NCBI GenBank assembly: GCA_964644245.1 | Contig: CAZXUR010000002.1 | Coordinates: forward strand, 10,555 to 74,554 | Source of the DNA: an uncultured archaeon | GTDB lineage: Archaea > Aenigmatarchaeota > Aenigmatarchaeia > CAZXUR01 | Reading direction: 5' to 3' | Length of the DNA: 64,000 nt | Notes under the pieces: model-generated | Seen by the model: only the letters and a program-made list of their open reading frames with translations | Told to the model about the DNA's origin: nothing | Databases searched by the model: none | Shown here: positions 62,565-64,000 of the stretch, piece after piece | How the letters are laid out: every line of letters begins with the position of its first letter | Position numbering within the stretch: the first letter of the stretch is position 1 | Position numbers and translations under genes: made by a program

Positions 62565-63190
62565 CAGACAGTCACCTCCAGGGGTTTGCTCATGGTCAGT
62601 TTCAAGTAGACGTTTTTTATCTGGTTCCTGCCTTTGGGGAGCTGCTTCACCACTTCTTCGTGCACCGTCTTCAAATTTTCCTCGATTTCTTCGTCCTTCA
62701 TTTTCTCTGTGCCTATCCCGCACTGTATGGTGGGGTTTGTGGCAAAAATCCTCACCGACTTTTTGGCCCTTTCTATCAGTGGTTTGGGGTCAGAGTTGGG
62801 AGGCATGGGTTTGGGCATTTTGCCTTTGGGTCCCAGATAACGTCCCAATATCTTTCCCACATCCACCATGAGCGTGACTTCAGCCAGGAAGTATTCATGC
62901 CCTTTAACCAGCTCGCTTATACTCTTCTTGTCCTTGGGGAGGCCTCTCAATTCCTTTTTTGTGACCACCGTGTCGGATATTTCCTTCACTTTGGAGACCA
63001 TCTTGTCCACTATGCAGCACACCTTTACCGGTTTTCCCCTCCCATGGGGCAGAAGGACCTGGGTCTTGATATGATTCTCCGGTTTTTTCATGTCCACGTC
63101 TCTCAGAGAGAAAATTAGGTCAAATGTCTGTTTAAAGTTCCTGTCCTTAGAAGTTTTTCTTAATTTCTCGATAGCTTCTGACGGTTGCAT
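62564..63190 (-). CDS. rpl1: Ribosomal protein L1 (uL1)
   Basis: 208 aa: KDRNFKQTFDLIFSLRDVDMKKPE...GKMPKP. It sits in the L1-P0-P1 gene order. Confidence 0.9.
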   Translation of the reverse strand: MQPSEAIEKLRKTSKDRNFKQTFDLIFSLRDVDMKKPENHIKTQVLLPHGRGKPVKVCCIVDKMVSKVKEISDTVVTKKELRGLPKDKKSISELVKGHEYFLAEVTLMVDVGKILGRYLGPKGKMPKPMPPNSDPKPLIERAKKSVRIFATNPTIQCGIGTEKMKDEEIEENLKTVHEEVVKQLPKGRNQIKNVYLKLTMSKPLEVTV

Positions 63191-63233
63191 ATTACGACCT
63201 CCTGCCTAAGCAGTAAATTAGATTGGACCAAAC

Positions 63234-63725
63234 CTATTTAAACTTGAGTTTCTGTTCCCGGTCCTTTTTCTTACCCTCAAACATTCCCAGAAGTTCGTCT
63301 ATGGATTTGACCCTGTCTTCCAGTTTCTGAAGGGCAAACAGTGTGTTTTTGTTGTGCCGGTTCATTTTGTTTTCCACTTCGAATATCTTTCTGGCCAGTT
63401 CCCTGTACTTTTCTCCCATTTCCTTCCTGGTTTCCTGTCTTACATTCTTCACGTGCTGGCCTGAGACGAACGTGGAGAGCTTCAACTCCTTCCTCAGGTC
63501 CTGAAGACGGTTGGATATGGAATCCAGTCGGTTCATAATATCCACTGGTATGGTGGCAGCATTTTCCTTCTCTACCGGTTTTTCAATCTCTGCTCTCACC
63601 AGCCACAGTCCCACCACAAGGAATATTGAGGTCACCCCCAGAATCCAGTTTATTCCTGACTGCAGGACGGCGAGTGATATGGCTGCCAGAGAAAAAACAA
63701 TCAACACATCCGTGTAGTCATCCAT
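63234..63725 (-). CDS. Membrane-anchored coiled-coil protein, unknown function
   Basis: 163 aa. Two N-terminal hydrophobic helices followed by Lys/Glu-rich helical sequence. Confidence 0.4.
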   Translation of the reverse strand: MDDYTDVLIVFSLAAISLAVLQSGINWILGVTSIFLVVGLWLVRAEIEKPVEKENAATIPVDIMNRLDSISNRLQDLRKELKLSTFVSGQHVKNVRQETRKEMGEKYRELARKIFEVENKMNRHNKNTLFALQKLEDRVKSIDELLGMFEGKKKDREQKLKFK

Positions 63726-63752
63726 AAGACAGTATTAACGACAAAGTTTAAA

Positions 63753-64000
63753 TTAGGTTTTGGCTGGCTCCTTCTTTTCGGCTTCCTCTGGTTTCTCATC
63801 TTCCTTTGGCTTTTCCTCTTCTCCCTCACCCGGAGCGGTCTTGACCTCGCCGCCCTCTTCAGGGACTTCTCCTTCTGCCGGTATTTCCTTACCCTCTTCC
63901 TTTGCTTTGGCGAGTTTCTTGGCCTCTTCCTCTGCTTCAATCCTGGCCTCTTCTTCACGCTTCTTCTCTATTTCCTCAGCCAATTTCTTCTTCTCCTTTT
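63753..64000 (-). CDS. Glu/Lys-rich C-terminal part of a protein whose 5' end lies beyond the window
   Basis: The frame stays open upstream of the track's TTG start to base 64000 (…KEKKK-LAEEIEKKREEE…). The sequence is low complexity, so coding status is uncertain. Confidence 0.35.
   Translation of the reverse strand, partial: KEKKKLAEEIEKKREEEARIEAEEEAKKLAKAKEEGKEIPAEGEVPEEGGEVKTAPGEGEEEKPKEDEKPEEAEKKEPAKT

Noticed and set aside
62017-62871. 284-aa plus-strand ORF
   Set aside because: It lies antisense to ribosomal protein genes P0 and L1. Its composition is Ser/Phe/Cys-rich and non-protein-like.

Overview
Archaeal chromosomal window. Hallmarks are an archaeal histone, RadA, Orc1/Cdc6, a family-B DNA polymerase, archaeal DnaG, NAC, ribosomal L1/P0/P1 and an AglB/STT3-type oligosaccharyltransferase. 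Genes are tightly packed, often overlapping by 1-10 nt, with TATA-like boxes close to start codons. The lineage cannot be fixed from the window alone.

Layout:
(i) 1-30.8 kb is a very large surface-glycan / protein-glycosylation locus. It holds four GT4, four GT2, four GT-C-like membrane transferases plus an AglB split into two ORFs. It also holds a Wzx-type and a UPF0104-type flippase candidate, a sugar kinase with a nucleotidyltransferase, a methyltransferase, three paralogous B12-binding radical SAM enzymes, one SPASM radical SAM enzyme, a DUF362-like protein, a geranylgeranyl-reductase-family flavoprotein and a lamin-tail-domain surface protein.
(ii) 30.8-34.1 kb carries SecF-SecD and an intron-containing tRNA.
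(iii) 34.1-36.4 kb is an AT-rich island of small winged-helix genes with dispersed AAATGTGAGA repeats.
(iv) 36.4-41.7 kb carries the histone, a pilin-like protein, RPA-RadA and small housekeeping genes.
(v) 41.7-53.6 kb is a replication island. In order: an AAA+/winged-helix ATPase, a ~500-bp helically phased array of GTGAA-N-TTCAC boxes, a wHTH gene, an AT-rich spacer, LigT, an OB-fold protein, DnaG, an HTH regulator and ORB-like boxes. Then comes an orc1/cdc6 - short DP1-like - PolB (C-terminal zinc ribbon) operon, a LAGLIDADG-like ORF and a second box cluster containing a canonical-looking mini-ORB.
(vi) 53.6-64 kb carries a TctA-like permease, NAC, an ATP-cone/Mrr-like nuclease, thioredoxin reductase, AlaRS, a second pilin-like protein and the L1-P0-P1 operon.

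No rRNA, CRISPR array, cas gene, transposase or integrase was recognised.

Best candidates for something new are the phased palindromic box array with its flanking ATPase/wHTH genes, the cdc6-DP1-PolB(Zn) operon, the split AglB, and the radical-SAM-rich glycan locus. All product calls come from motif recognition by eye in the supplied translations. No database search was run.
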